A stretch of DNA of 64,000 nucleotides from an uncultured delta proteobacterium (GTDB lineage: Bacteria > Myxococcota > Myxococcia > Myxococcales > Anaeromyxobacteraceae), in NCBI GenBank assembly GCA_963845515.1, contig CAWJSR010000028.1, forward strand, positions 1-64,000, read 5' to 3'. The notes beneath the pieces are model-generated. The model saw only the letters and a program-made list of their open reading frames with translations, had not been told where the DNA came from and did no database searches. The position numbers and the translations under genes are program-made. Below are positions 19,145 to 29,349 of the stretch, piece by piece. The first letter of the stretch is position 1; each line of letters opens with the position of its first letter.

Positions 19145-21481
19145 CTAGTACGCGTAGTTCGGGAGGACGTCCACGAGCGTGTTGTGGCAGGAGCCGCAGC
19201 TGTTCGAGAGCTGGTTGTTGGTCGCGTTGTTGACGAGGACCGACTCGCTCGTCGCCGGCCACACGATGTCGAAGAAGTGGGACGAGACGTCGCCGCGGAT
19301 GCGGGGACCCGCCGGCTGGAACGTCGCGCCCACCTGCTCGTGGACGAAGCGGCTCTGGCTCGCCGCGGTCTTCGGCATGTGGCAGGTCGTGCAGCGTCCG
19401 ACGCCACCCGTCGCGATGGTCAGCTGCGCGTCCGTGTCAGGGGGCGGGTTCAGCGGGTTGTAGCCCGCCGCCATGTACGCGAGGTCGGCCATGTGCGTGG
19501 ACACCGCCACGGCCTCCTGCCCCAGGGTCCAGGCCGGCGGCAGCCCGAAGCCGAACGGCGCGTGGCAGTCGAGGCAGAGCTTGTTGTCGCTGACCGTCGC
19601 CCAGAGGCTCGGTCCGTTGAGCCGGTCGTGGACGTCGTGGCAGTCGCTGCACGACACCAGGTCGTAGGGGTTGCGGGTGTGCGCGGACCTCAGGAAGTCG
19701 TTCGCCTGCTGGTGGTGCTGGCGCGAGTGGCGCTTGTCGTCGGGCCAGGTGCCGAGGGCGTCGGCGTGGTAGTCGGCGACGAACTCCGCGCGGCCCATGC
19801 CCGGGTAGGCGAAGGCGAGGGCGTCGGTCCCCTTGGACGGATACTCGGTGTGCACGCCGGTCTGGCCGGTGAAGCCGCCCTTCCCGACGCCGCGGGTGTG
19901 GCAGTTCCCGCAGAGCTGGTTCTCGCGCTCGGTCGACAGGAAGCGCGGCTGGACGATGTTCGCGCCGAGGGCCGGCGCCGCGGCGTGGGCGGAGCCGGGG
20001 CCGTGGCAGTCCTCGCAGCCGATGGAGACGTCGTCCTTGTCGCCGTCCCCGTCGTAGTCGATGGCGCCGCCCGTGGTGCTCACGGCGCCGGCCTGGAAGT
20101 TCCCGGTCACCGCCTCCACCGCGAGGGTCGTGCCGGTGAAGTGGCAGCCCGCGCAGTTCAGGTCGAAGGAGGCCGTCTTGGCTGCCACGAGGGCCGGTCC
20201 GCCGGCCGACGCGGGGGCGGCCCAGTTGCCCGGTGAGTAGGGGTTCCACCGCTGCACGCCTGCCTGGAGGTTCTCGTCGAACTGGAGCGGCGCGATGTAG
20301 TAGCTCCAGTCGGTGCAGGGGGTGGTGGCGCAGGGCTGGAAGGTCTTGTCGTTCTTCGCGCGGGTGACCCAGCGCTCCTTGTAGATCCCGTTTCCGCCGA
20401 AGGTGAAGATCGCGTAGTACCTGTCCGAGACGAGCGCCTTGTCGGGCGTCTCCGTCTGGAAGAAGTACCCCGTGGCGTCGTGGCCGAGCAGGAGGTTGTA
20501 GCCGGCCGGGAAGAGCACCCAGCTAATCGGATCGTCGGTCTTGCTGATCCTCAGCCCCAGGTCGTCGGCGGCGCCGGTGTTGTCGGCCGCGTTCCCGGGC
20601 TCGAAGGAGGCCAGCGCCTGATCATGGGTCAGCGCCGCGAAGTCCTGATTGGCGCTGGCGACGCCGGGCGCCCGGTAGACGAGCGCGTGGAGCGAGCGCT
20701 TCCAGTTGGCGGCGCTCCGGACGGTGGTGAGCGCCGCGCTGTGACACCCGAGGCATGCGGTGGAGCCGACGTAGGTGGCGGCGCCGGGGGCCCGCTGCGA
20801 CACGCTCACGTCCTTCGTCACCGTGGCGCCCGGCGCCACGGCGAAGGAGGCGCGCGAGGCGTCGCCGCCGGGGAAGACCGTGGCGTCCCCCACGGCCGGA
20901 GCGACGTGGACGAAGTAGGAGGCCGGCACGACGCCGGTGATGGCGTAGCCACCGGCCGCGTCGGTCGTGGCCGTGTACGCGCTCGCGGCCGCCAGCGTCT
21001 CCAGGGGCGTGTCGCCCAACGAGCCGGCGAGCGCGTTCGCGTCGACGAGCGCCACGGTGGCGTTCGCGACCGCCCCCCCGCCCCTGCGGCTCACCGCGCC
21101 GGTGACCGTCCCCGTCGCGCCGACCGGGATGGCGAGCGCGGCGTTCGCGGTGGCGGTGCCCCCCGCGACGACCGAGACGTTGGCGACGGTCTGCGTGCCG
21201 TAGCCGGTCGCCGCGATCTGGACCGTGTAGACGCCGATCGGGACGTCGGCGATCTGGTAGCTCCCGTTCGCGGCGGTCGAGGTCGAGCCCGAGGCCGGCA
21301 GCGTGCTGACCGCGGCGCCCGCGATCGGCGCGCTGCTCGTGGCGTCGATCACCGTTCCGGTGATGGTGCCGACGCTCGTCCCACCCTGCCCGGGCGCACC
21401 AGCCGGCCCCTTGTCTCCCTTGTCTCCCTTGCAGGCCGCGAGCAACGCCGCTGCAGCACAGACTGCCATCAACCGTTTCAT
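19145..21481 (-). CDS. Octaheme cytochrome c lipoprotein with N-terminal carboxypeptidase-regulatory-like domains
   Basis: Lipobox LLAAC; 8 CxxCH (CLGCH, CAGCH, CEDCH, CGNCH, CSDCH, CLDCH, CTTCH, CGSCH). Confidence 0.9.
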   Translation of the reverse strand: MKRLMAVCAAAALLAACKGDKGDKGPAGAPGQGGTSVGTITGTVIDATSSAPIAGAAVSTLPASGSTSTAANGSYQIADVPIGVYTVQIAATGYGTQTVANVSVVAGGTATANAALAIPVGATGTVTGAVSRRGGGAVANATVALVDANALAGSLGDTPLETLAAASAYTATTDAAGGYAITGVVPASYFVHVAPAVGDATVFPGGDASRASFAVAPGATVTKDVSVSQRAPGAATYVGSTACLGCHSAALTTVRSAANWKRSLHALVYRAPGVASANQDFAALTHDQALASFEPGNAADNTGAADDLGLRISKTDDPISWVLFPAGYNLLLGHDATGYFFQTETPDKALVSDRYYAIFTFGGNGIYKERWVTRAKNDKTFQPCATTPCTDWSYYIAPLQFDENLQAGVQRWNPYSPGNWAAPASAGGPALVAAKTASFDLNCAGCHFTGTTLAVEAVTGNFQAGAVSTTGGAIDYDGDGDKDDVSIGCEDCHGPGSAHAAAPALGANIVQPRFLSTERENQLCGNCHTRGVGKGGFTGQTGVHTEYPSKGTDALAFAYPGMGRAEFVADYHADALGTWPDDKRHSRQHHQQANDFLRSAHTRNPYDLVSCSDCHDVHDRLNGPSLWATVSDNKLCLDCHAPFGFGLPPAWTLGQEAVAVSTHMADLAYMAAGYNPLNPPPDTDAQLTIATGGVGRCTTCHMPKTAASQSRFVHEQVGATFQPAGPRIRGDVSSHFFDIVWPATSESVLVNNATNNQLSNSCGSCHNTLVDVLPNYAY

Positions 21482-21701
21482 GACCCGCTCCCTCGAGGTT
21501 CGACTCTTCTCGTGGTCGGTGCGACCCGGCGGCCGTCCTCGTGGAAGCGAGGAGACCAAATCGGCGCCGGGGTGCACCAAAGGTATGACAGGTCGCCCCG
21601 TTCGGCGTTCCCCGCGAGGGATGGGCGAACGGCCGGCCGGGGATTGAGGTACACCTCTCTCCAGCCCGCGCCCCGCGGTGCGAGCCACACGAGGACACGG
21701 G

Positions 21702-22544
21702 ATGCGCAGGCAAGTGAAGGGTGAGAAGGCGGTACGCCGGGAGCTGCTGCCGGGCGAGTCCGTGGAGCTGCTCAAGGCGCTCCACGTCCTCACGCGCGAC
21801 GGCAACCTGAACGCCGACAGCCTGCGCAAGCTGAAGCAGGTCAACCACCTGGCGCAGCTCCTCGCGCCCGTCGTCGACGACGTGCTCACGCGGTTCGGCG
21901 ACCCCGCCATCGCCGACCTCGGCGCGGGCAAGAGCTACCTCGGCTTCGTCCTCTACGAGCTCTTCCTGAAGGACGCCGGCAAGGGGACGCTCCACGCGGT
22001 CGAGTCGCGGCCGGAGCTGGTCGCGAAGGCGACCGAGACCGCGACGAAGCTGGGCTATGGCCGGATGCGCTTCGTCGGCGCGGCCATCGGCGAGGCCGAG
22101 CTGCCCGAGCGGCTCCACCTCGTCACCGCGCTGCACGCCTGCGACACGGCCACCGACGACGCGCTGTTCCTCGCCATCAAGCGGAACGCGGACCACGTCG
22201 CGGTCGTCCCCTGCTGCCAGGCCGAGGTCGCGCGCCAGCTCGGCGAGGCGAAGGGGGCCTCCCCGGTCGTCGCGCCGCTCTACGAGCACGCGTGGCACCG
22301 GCGCGAGTTCGGCTCACACCTCACCAACGTCATCCGCGCGCTCGCCCTCGAGGCGGAGGGATACCGCGTGACGGTCACCGAGCTGACCGGCTGGGAGCAC
22401 TCGCTGAAGAACGAGCTGATCCTGGCGAAGAAGGTCCGCGCCTCGTCCCGCGAGGCCCGTGAGCGGCTCGACGCGCTCCTCGCCGCAACCGGCGTGCGCC
22501 CCAAGCTGGTGCGTGCGCTCTGGGACGCAAAGCCAGCGTCCTGA
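21702..22544 (+). CDS. Class I SAM-dependent methyltransferase (Methyltransf_32-like)
   Basis: DLGAGKSYL, ALHACDTATDDA, VPCCQ, HSLKNELI. Confidence 0.9.
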   Translation: MRRQVKGEKAVRRELLPGESVELLKALHVLTRDGNLNADSLRKLKQVNHLAQLLAPVVDDVLTRFGDPAIADLGAGKSYLGFVLYELFLKDAGKGTLHAVESRPELVAKATETATKLGYGRMRFVGAAIGEAELPERLHLVTALHACDTATDDALFLAIKRNADHVAVVPCCQAEVARQLGEAKGASPVVAPLYEHAWHRREFGSHLTNVIRALALEAEGYRVTVTELTGWEHSLKNELILAKKVRASSREARERLDALLAATGVRPKLVRALWDAKPAS

Positions 22545-22730
22545 TCCGTCGGCGCGGCGCCCCAGGACCCCCGGCCAGGCCCCTTCAGGTCTGCCCGACC
22601 GGGCCCAGGCCACCCTGGGTGAAATGAAAGCCGCTCCAAACAGGTGCGGCGCCATGGCGCATGGTGAAGATCACGCTGTGATCGCATGCGCTTCGGCAGC
22701 CTCCCCCAATCCGGTGACTTCCTCCTGGAG

Positions 22731-22744
22731 GGCACGGTTCTTAC
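22731..22744 (+). promoter_or_regulatory. Candidate sigma-54 promoter for the STAS gene
   Basis: GGCACG-N4-TTAC versus consensus TGGCACG-N4-TTGC, about 45 nt upstream of the start. Confidence 0.3.
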
Positions 22745-22786
22745 ATTGCCTGCTCTACAACGCCGGAATCAGCGAGGGAGTGGTCC

Positions 22787-23092
22787 GTGCCAAGCGCTAA
22801 CGAGCTGGAATCAGTCGAGATCAGGATGGACGGGGTCTTCGACGTCGCCGCGGCGCAGAGCGTCGTTCGCGCGCTCGAATTGTCGTCCTCGGAGCAGGGC
22901 GTCCGCATCGACCTGACCCAGGTCCGCGAGTTCCACGACTTCGCCGTCGCCGTCCTCGCCAACGCCCTCGCGAAGCGGGCGGAGCACGTCTCCATCCGGG
23001 GGCTGCGCCAGCACCAGCTTCGGCTGCTGACCTACCTGGGGCTCGGCCAGACGGCAGAGCCGTACGAGGCCGCAGACTCCGCGATGGCCTGA
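22787..23092 (+). CDS. STAS-domain protein
   Basis: IRMDGVFD, VRIDLTQVREFHDFAVAVL, LRLLTYLG; GAGGGAG RBS. Confidence 0.75.
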   Translation: MPSANELESVEIRMDGVFDVAAAQSVVRALELSSSEQGVRIDLTQVREFHDFAVAVLANALAKRAEHVSIRGLRQHQLRLLTYLGLGQTAEPYEAADSAMA

Positions 23093-23102
23093 GCGGCGCC
23101 GG

Positions 23103-24183
23103 TCAGCGCCGCCGCAACCTGGCCACCCCGAAGACCGCGAGCCCGCCAAGGGCGCCGGCGCAGAGCAGCAGCCCACCAATCAGGAAGAGCTCGACGAACG
23201 GATCCCGGACCGCCTGGAGATCCGCCCAGAGCAGTAGCTCGCGCGCGACGTGGACGCGGCCGCCGGGGAACTCGGCGCCGCTTCCGCCCGCGATCGTCCC
23301 GGCGAACCGCCGCTCCGTCCCCTCGAAGGCCTCGACGAAGAGCGTCGGGTCGGCCGGCCGGCCGTCCATGACGAACCTGTAGCTCTCTGGATCCGCGAGC
23401 GTGCGGCGGGCGCCGGCGACCGTGGCCTCCTGCAGCCGCAGGTGCAGGTGCCAGCTGGAGCCCGGCGGCGTGAGCAGGTCCTCGACGTCGGGCGGGAAGG
23501 TTCCAACCCCCATCATCACGTTGGGCTTGGGCAGCCACTCGACGAGCCGCGCTTCCTCCTCCGTCTTCGGGAAGGTGCCGAGCATCATGAAGCCTTCGGC
23601 GATGGTCTTCCCGTCCGGCCCGAACCACTCGACCGCCGGAGCGTAGCCGAACTGGAACACGGCGAGCCGCCAGCCGCCGAGCCGCGCCGGCGGGAAGAGG
23701 CCGACCGTCACCACCTCACCGGCGGACGTCAGGAGCGGGACCTCGACCGTCTTCGAGAGCGGGATCGGGCCGTCCGGCGCGAGCCTGAACTCGCCGATCT
23801 GGAGCGCCGGCAGCCCCGGGAGCACACCCTGAGGCAGCTCCTGCCCCTCGCCGACCTTCAGCATCCGGGTGTCCCGTGTGGCAACCGAGACCGGCGGCGA
23901 GAGCAGCAGGAGCCCGCCGCCGGCGAGCGCGAGCGCCCGGGAGGCGCGCCCCGCCGCCGTGCCGCGGCCAGAGAACGGCTCCGCAGCGGCCGCGAGGAGC
24001 GCGGCGAGCCCTGCGAGCACCAGCAGCACGGCGCCGGGCAGGCTCACGACCGCCGCGATGAAGCCCTGGCTCGTCGCCAGCTCCATGCCGATCGCCCACG
24101 CGGCGAAGAGCCCCGCGAACCTGCGGGGCCCATCGGCGGGCCGGTGCGGAGAGGGCCGCGAGCGTCGCGCCTGCGCCGCTCAT
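23103..24183 (-). CDS. Membrane protein, possibly ResB/Ccs1-like (frameshift near 24125)
   Basis: ATGA-coupled to the upstream gene; N-terminal TMs, periplasmic region, LQAVRDP followed by a C-terminal TM as in ResB. Confidence 0.45.
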
Positions 24184-25546
24184 CGCTTGCCCGCCATCCC
24201 CTTCTCCCAGGCGGCGACGAGCTCGGCGCGGGAGATCAGGAGCAGGCTCCCCTTCACCTGCGCGCCCGGGATCGGGATGGGGTTGCACCCGCCTGGCTGG
24301 CCGACCGTGCCCACGGGGATGGGCGTCTTGCAGTACTTGCAGAAGACGTAGTCGCGCCCCATCTGCGCGTAGCCCTTCGGCTGGCAGATGTCGCAGAGGT
24401 CGAGCGCGGCCGTCAGGGCGCCGTCGCCGCGCCGGACGACGAAGAAGGTCACCGCGCGCCCGTCGGTCGTGTAGACGAACTTGCGCATCCGATCGCCGTC
24501 GCCGCCGAACGGCGAGGCAAGCGGCACGATCACCTGCCCGGCGCCGTCGTCGACGGCCGGCTCGGGGAGTGGGTCGTAGAGCGCGTCGGCGCGCGCCCCC
24601 TCGGCCCGGATGGCGGCGACCAGGACGATCGCAGAGAGCACGAACGCCGTCGCGCCGAGCCGGCTCTCGCGCACGAACGCCGCGCGGACGAGCCGCCGCT
24701 CGGGGGGCGCGCCTCCGGCGCGACCACCGGCGCCGGGCGGCGCAGGAAGGCGGCGAGCGCGAGGACGAGCGGCAGCCCCAGCACCGCGATCGCCGCGAGG
24801 GCGTGGGTCGAGGGCTCGAAGGCGAAGAGGATCGCCTGGTAGGCGCCCACCCGCAGGAAGGGGTGATCCGGGACCTGGAAGGTGACGAAGGCGAGGTGGA
24901 CCCCGTCGTGCAGCGCGCGCCCGATGGCGCCGGAGAGCGCCGCCGGGAGGGTGTGGGCGCCGAGCGCCGTCGGGCCGATGCCAGCGAGCGCGAGGGCGAA
25001 GAGGAGCGCGAGGAAGGAGGAGGGCGTCACCGCGCGCGCGAGCCCCGCGCGCTCCCAGACCCATGCGAGCAGCGCGCCGAGGGCGACGGCGAGGGCGATC
25101 CCGGCCGCCGCGGAGAGCAGGATCGGCCACGCGGCGCCGCGCAGCACCACGTCGTCGCGGAGCGCGGCCGCGAGGAAGGTCCCTTGCGGCAGGAGCCAGA
25201 GGAGGCCGGTGGCGAGGAGCGCCGCCTCGGCCACGCCGCGGAGGCGCGGGGCCCCGAAGAGGCGGGCCGCCGGGAAGGACCGGAGCGCGAGGGACGCCGC
25301 GAGCAGGGCGAAGCCGTGCAGGTGGACGACGCGGAGGAGCTGCGGCGCGACCTCCCCGAGCGCGAGGCCGCGCGCGCGGGCCGCGAAGAAGAGCGCGGCG
25401 CCGAGCGAGAGCCCCGCTGCGAGCGAGGCCGCGTACGGGAGGACCACCCGCCGCGCGCCGCCGCGCCGGAGCAGCAGCGCGGCGAGCGCCCAGGCGAGGG
25501 CGCCGTCGAACGCGGTGAAGAAGCTGGCCTCGAAGGAGCCCGGCAT
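24180..25546 (-). CDS. FTR1-like membrane domain fused to DUF2318 Fe-S domain (frameshift near 24710)
   Basis: Multi-TM N-terminus (ORF 24530..25546); C-terminus LDLCDIC...VFCKYC...GGCNPIP (ORF 24180 frame). Confidence 0.75.
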
Positions 25547-25577
25547 CTCAGTTCTCCGAACCGGGCATGGCGCGCCG

Positions 25578-26009
25578 CTACTCCAGCACGATGCTCCCCT
25601 TCACCATCTTCTGTCCGCAGGTGAAGAGGTAGCTGCCGGCCGGCGAGGCGGGGATGGTCAGGTCGATCGAGCCCGGGGTGGGGAGGTCGAAGTCGAGCTT
25701 CAGGTCCGGGACGAGCAGCTTCGTGGAGCAGGAGTGAAGCTCGTGGACCTGGAGCCGGAGGCGGAGCGGCGCGTTGGCCTTCGCGCGGAGGACGTTCGGC
25801 CGGTAGACGCCCTGCGCGACCTGGACGGTGATCTCCTGCACGCCGTCGGCCGCGATCGTCGCCTGGCCGACCTTGGCACGGTCGAAGACGGCGGGGGCCG
25901 CGAGGATGGCGCCCACCGCGATGGCGATCACGAGCCCCATCCCCAGGAGGCCGATCACCACGAAGCGCTTGAAGGGGACCTGCAGCTGCTTCTCCGGCTC
26001 GTTGCTCAC
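25578..26009 (-). CDS. Membrane-anchored cupredoxin-domain protein
   Basis: TM, then GVYRPNVL...HSCS...GSYLFTCGQKM(VKG) of Cupredoxin_1. Confidence 0.85.
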   Translation of the reverse strand: MSNEPEKQLQVPFKRFVVIGLLGMGLVIAIAVGAILAAPAVFDRAKVGQATIAADGVQEITVQVAQGVYRPNVLRAKANAPLRLRLQVHELHSCSTKLLVPDLKLDFDLPTPGSIDLTIPASPAGSYLFTCGQKMVKGSIVLE

Positions 26010-26725
26010 GTCGCCTCCCTGAAGGGCTGGTTGGTCTCGCTCCGCGGCCGGTCGCCCGGCGAGCGCTCGTCCGCGACGAGCGACCCGTCCACGAGCCGCA
26101 GGATCCGGTCGCTCCAGCGCGCGACCGCGAGGTTGTGCGTGGCGCAGACCACGGTGAAGCCGGACTCGTCGTGCAGCCGCGCGATGACGTCGAGGACCAC
26201 GAGGGCGCTCTTCCAGTCGAGGTTCCCGGTCGGCTCGTCCAGGAGGAGCACGCCCGGCTCGTTCACCAGCGCCCGCGCGATGCAGGCGCGCTGCCGCTCG
26301 CCGCCCGAGAGCTGCGAAGGCAGGTGGCGGGCGCGGTGCGAGAGCCCCACGCGCTCGAGCGCCCCGAGCGCCTCGGCCTCGTCGGCGACCGAGTGGAAGT
26401 GCTGCGCGAGCATCACGTTCTCGACGGCGGAGAGGAACGGGACCATGTGGTGCTGCTGGAAGACGAAGCCGACCCGCTCGCGCCGGAGCCGGTTCTGCCC
26501 CTCGGCGTCGAGCGCGCCCAGCTCGCTGTCGCCCAGCACGATCCGGCCCGACGAGGGCGAGTCCATCGCGCCGAGCAGGTGGAGGAGGGTCGACTTGCCT
26601 GAGCCGGAGGGGCCGACGAGGCTGACCCACGAGCCCGCCTCGATCTCGGCCGTGAGCTCCCGGAGCGCCTCGGTCTCCCCGTAGCGCCTGACCACCTTCT
26701 CCAGGGAGATGCGTTCGCCGGTCAC
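26006..26725 (-). CDS. ABC transporter ATP-binding protein (LolD/MacB type)
   Basis: GPSGSGKST, LSGGERQR, LLLDEPTGNLD. Confidence 0.95.
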   Translation of the reverse strand: MTGERISLEKVVRRYGETEALRELTAEIEAGSWVSLVGPSGSGKSTLLHLLGAMDSPSSGRIVLGDSELGALDAEGQNRLRRERVGFVFQQHHMVPFLSAVENVMLAQHFHSVADEAEALGALERVGLSHRARHLPSQLSGGERQRACIARALVNEPGVLLLDEPTGNLDWKSALVVLDVIARLHDESGFTVVCATHNLAVARWSDRILRLVDGSLVADERSPGDRPRSETNQPFREAT

Positions 26726-26735
26726 TTTGTGGTCC

Positions 26736-27902
26736 TCACTGCGCTCGCAGAATATCGCACGGGTCCACCTGCAGCGCCTTCTGCACCGGCCAGACGGCGG
26801 CGCCGAGCGCTATGACGAGGGCGGCGGCGAGCGCCGCGGGGGCGGCGATCCACGGGACGGAGATCGCCGCGCCGAAGACCGAGATGGCGATCGCCTCTGC
26901 GGCGGCGAGCCCCAGGAGGCACCCGGCGACCCCGCCCGCGAGCCCGGCCGCGGTCGCCTCCGCGAGCAGCAGCGCCCGGACCCGCCCGGGCCCGGCGCCG
27001 AGCGCGAGGTAGAGCCCGATCTCCTGCCGGCGCCCCAGCAGCAGGACGCCGAGCGTCCCGGAGACGGTGAAGGCGGTGGCGGCGCCGAGGGCGATGGTCA
27101 CGAGCAGCAGGAGCCGCGCCACCTTGGCGAGGAGCGAGGCCTCCGCGCGCGCGACCTGCGACAGCGTCCGGACGTCGGACCCCGGCACGGCCGCGGCGAC
27201 GGCCCGCGCCGCCTCCTCCGGCGCACGCCCGGCGAGGTTCGCGCGAACGAGCGCGAGCGACGCCTCGCCCGGCCGTCCCGAGAGCGACTGCAGGAGGTCG
27301 ATCGGCAGGAAGAGGTTCTCGTCCTCGGCCCCGCCGGTCTCGACCACCGCTGCGATCCGGACGCGCGCCTTCCCGGCGGCGGCGCGGACCTCGACCGTCG
27401 CACCCGCAGCGAGCCGCAGCCTCCCGGCGAGCGAGGTCCCGATCATCGCCTCCCCCTGCGCGGGCCAGTCCGGGCGGACCCGCCAGAGCGGGTTCAGCCG
27501 CCGCAGCGCCGCCAGCGGCCAGCCCGCTGCCGCGACGGGCTCGCCGTCCAGGTCGACGCTGGCCAGGAGCCCTGGGGCGACCGAGTCGACGCCGGCGCCG
27601 GGGACCCCCGGGAGCGCCAGCAGCGCCGCTTCGGGGAGGCTCCGATCCTCCTCCACGGGGCCGAGCTCGAGCGCGCCGAGGCCGAAGCGGAGCGGCGCGC
27701 TCTCGGGGAGGACCAGGAGGTTGGCGCCATAGCTCGCCAGCTCCCTGCCGAGCTGCTCGCCGACGCCGCGCCTCACCGCCACGAGCGCGAAGACCAGGGC
27801 CGCCGAGAGCGCCAGCGACAGCGTCGCCACGGCGGTGGAGGCGAGCGTCCCGCGCAGGGAGCGCGCGAGCCAGAGCCGCGCGAAGCGATCCCGCCAGATC
27901 AC
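26736..27902 (-). CDS. ABC permease (FtsX/MacB family)
   Basis: ELASYGANLLV, RRQEIGLYLALGA, four-TM topology. Confidence 0.9.
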   Translation of the reverse strand: MIWRDRFARLWLARSLRGTLASTAVATLSLALSAALVFALVAVRRGVGEQLGRELASYGANLLVLPESAPLRFGLGALELGPVEEDRSLPEAALLALPGVPGAGVDSVAPGLLASVDLDGEPVAAAGWPLAALRRLNPLWRVRPDWPAQGEAMIGTSLAGRLRLAAGATVEVRAAAGKARVRIAAVVETGGAEDENLFLPIDLLQSLSGRPGEASLALVRANLAGRAPEEAARAVAAAVPGSDVRTLSQVARAEASLLAKVARLLLLVTIALGAATAFTVSGTLGVLLLGRRQEIGLYLALGAGPGRVRALLLAEATAAGLAGGVAGCLLGLAAAEAIAISVFGAAISVPWIAAPAALAAALVIALGAAVWPVQKALQVDPCDILRAQ

Positions 27903-29164
27903 GCGGCCTCCTTGAGCTGTCCCGCGGGGTCCACCTGCAGCGCCCGCCGGATGGGCCAGACGGAGCCGAGCGCGGCGACCGCGAGCGAGCCTCCCAGCGA
28001 CAGCGGCAGGAGCGCAGCCCCCGGGACGAGGGCGGTGCCGAAGACCGCCTCGCCGAGCGCGCGCACCAGGAGGGCCGCGAGCCCGGCGCCGACCAGGCCG
28101 CCGACCCCGGCGAGGAGCGCGATCTCCGACCCGAGGTGGAGCGCGATCTGGCCGGCGCTGGCGCCGGTCGCGCGCAGGAGGGCGATCTCGGTCCTGCGCC
28201 CCATCACGCGCGCGGCGAAGGTGGAGGCGACCGCCAGGGCCGCGGCGCCGAGCGCGAGGGCCGCGAGGAGGGTCATCAGGACGTCGAGGCGCGAGAGGAC
28301 GCGCGCCTCCGCCTCCGCCATGCTCCAGACCGGCCGCGCGCGGCTGCCGGGGATCGCCTCCTCCACCTGCTTCGCGACGCTCGTGACGTAGGGCGTGCAG
28401 AACCACTTCTCGTACTCGCGCCGGGTCATCCCCGCCGGGTCGCGTCGGCCGAAGCCGTCGAGCGGGACCGTCACGGCGGAGACCAGCGCTCGGGAGATGC
28501 GCCCCTCGTGCCCGAGGAGCGCCTGCGCGGCGTCCAGGTCGAGCAGCACCTGCTCCTCCTCGAACCCGCCGCTCCGGACGACGCCGACCACGCGGAAGGA
28601 GCGGCGGGAGCCGGCCGCCTCCAGCTCCACGTCGCCGCCGATCGTGGCGCCGATCCGCTGCGCCAGCGCGCGGCCGACGACCGCCACGTCCAGCTCGCCG
28701 GGCGCGGGCCAGCGCCCCTCGACCTCCCAGTAAGGGAAGAGGGCCACGACGCCGGAGCGGATCGTCCCCTCGCCACCCGGCCGCTCGATCGGCCGGTCGA
28801 ACCAGAGGCCGGCCACGAGCGCCCGCTCGGTCCGGCCCGCCGCGCGGACGCTGGCGGGGGCCGTGAGCGACGGGGCGATGCCCACGACGTTGTGGCGCCA
28901 GAAGATGGCCAGGACTCGGGAGAGGTCGGCCTCGGAGAGGTAGGCGGGGGCGGAGCGGGCGCCAGATGGGGCGCCGGCGGAGATCGGCTCGACCACGATG
29001 TTGGCGCCGAAGCCGCGCAGCTCCCGGGCGAGGCGGTCCTCCACCTGGAGCGCGACCGAGAGGAGGGCGGCCGCGATGGCCGCCCCCATCGCGGTGGAGA
29101 GCACGACCAGCGCCAGCCTCATGGGTTGGAGGCGGAGCGCGCCGCGCAGGATCCGGAAGAGCAT
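27899..29164 (-). CDS. ABC permease (FtsX/MacB family, Fet-type)
   Basis: ELRGFGANIVV, IFWRHNV, YEKWFCTPYV, RRTEIALLRATGA. Confidence 0.9.
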   Translation of the reverse strand: MLFRILRGALRLQPMRLALVVLSTAMGAAIAAALLSVALQVEDRLARELRGFGANIVVEPISAGAPSGARSAPAYLSEADLSRVLAIFWRHNVVGIAPSLTAPASVRAAGRTERALVAGLWFDRPIERPGGEGTIRSGVVALFPYWEVEGRWPAPGELDVAVVGRALAQRIGATIGGDVELEAAGSRRSFRVVGVVRSGGFEEEQVLLDLDAAQALLGHEGRISRALVSAVTVPLDGFGRRDPAGMTRREYEKWFCTPYVTSVAKQVEEAIPGSRARPVWSMAEAEARVLSRLDVLMTLLAALALGAAALAVASTFAARVMGRRTEIALLRATGASAGQIALHLGSEIALLAGVGGLVGAGLAALLVRALGEAVFGTALVPGAALLPLSLGGSLAVAALGSVWPIRRALQVDPAGQLKEAA

Positions 29165-29349
29165 CGAGGGGGGAAGATAGCAGAGGCCGCCTCCGGGGAC
29201 GGAGCGGGCCTGTCGCGAAACCCTGCATCCACCGCACGGGTGAGGCGGGTGCCCGACAAGGGCGGAACCCCCATTTCCTGCGGCCGCGCGGGCGCACTGA
29301 GCGCACATAGGCAGGGCAGGGTCGGCTCAGCCCAACGAGGAGGTCCACG

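Noticed and set aside
16170..19262. Very long antisense or alternate-frame ORFs (e.g. 1030 aa, 929 aa; also 26736..29684 upstream part and 55883..58621 upstream part)
   Set aside because: Shadow ORFs typical of very high GC DNA: Arg/Gly/Pro-rich and overlapping well-supported genes.
22520..22580. GGGACGCAAAGCC resembling a c-di-GMP-I (GEMM) riboswitch core
   Set aside because: Lies in the last codons of the methyltransferase (WDAKP) and lacks the upstream GGCAAA/GAAA tetraloop stem.
29165..29349. Fur box or riboswitch between the Fet-like operon and the lipoprotein gene
   Set aside because: No AT-rich GATAATGAT-type box and no recognisable riboswitch consensus.
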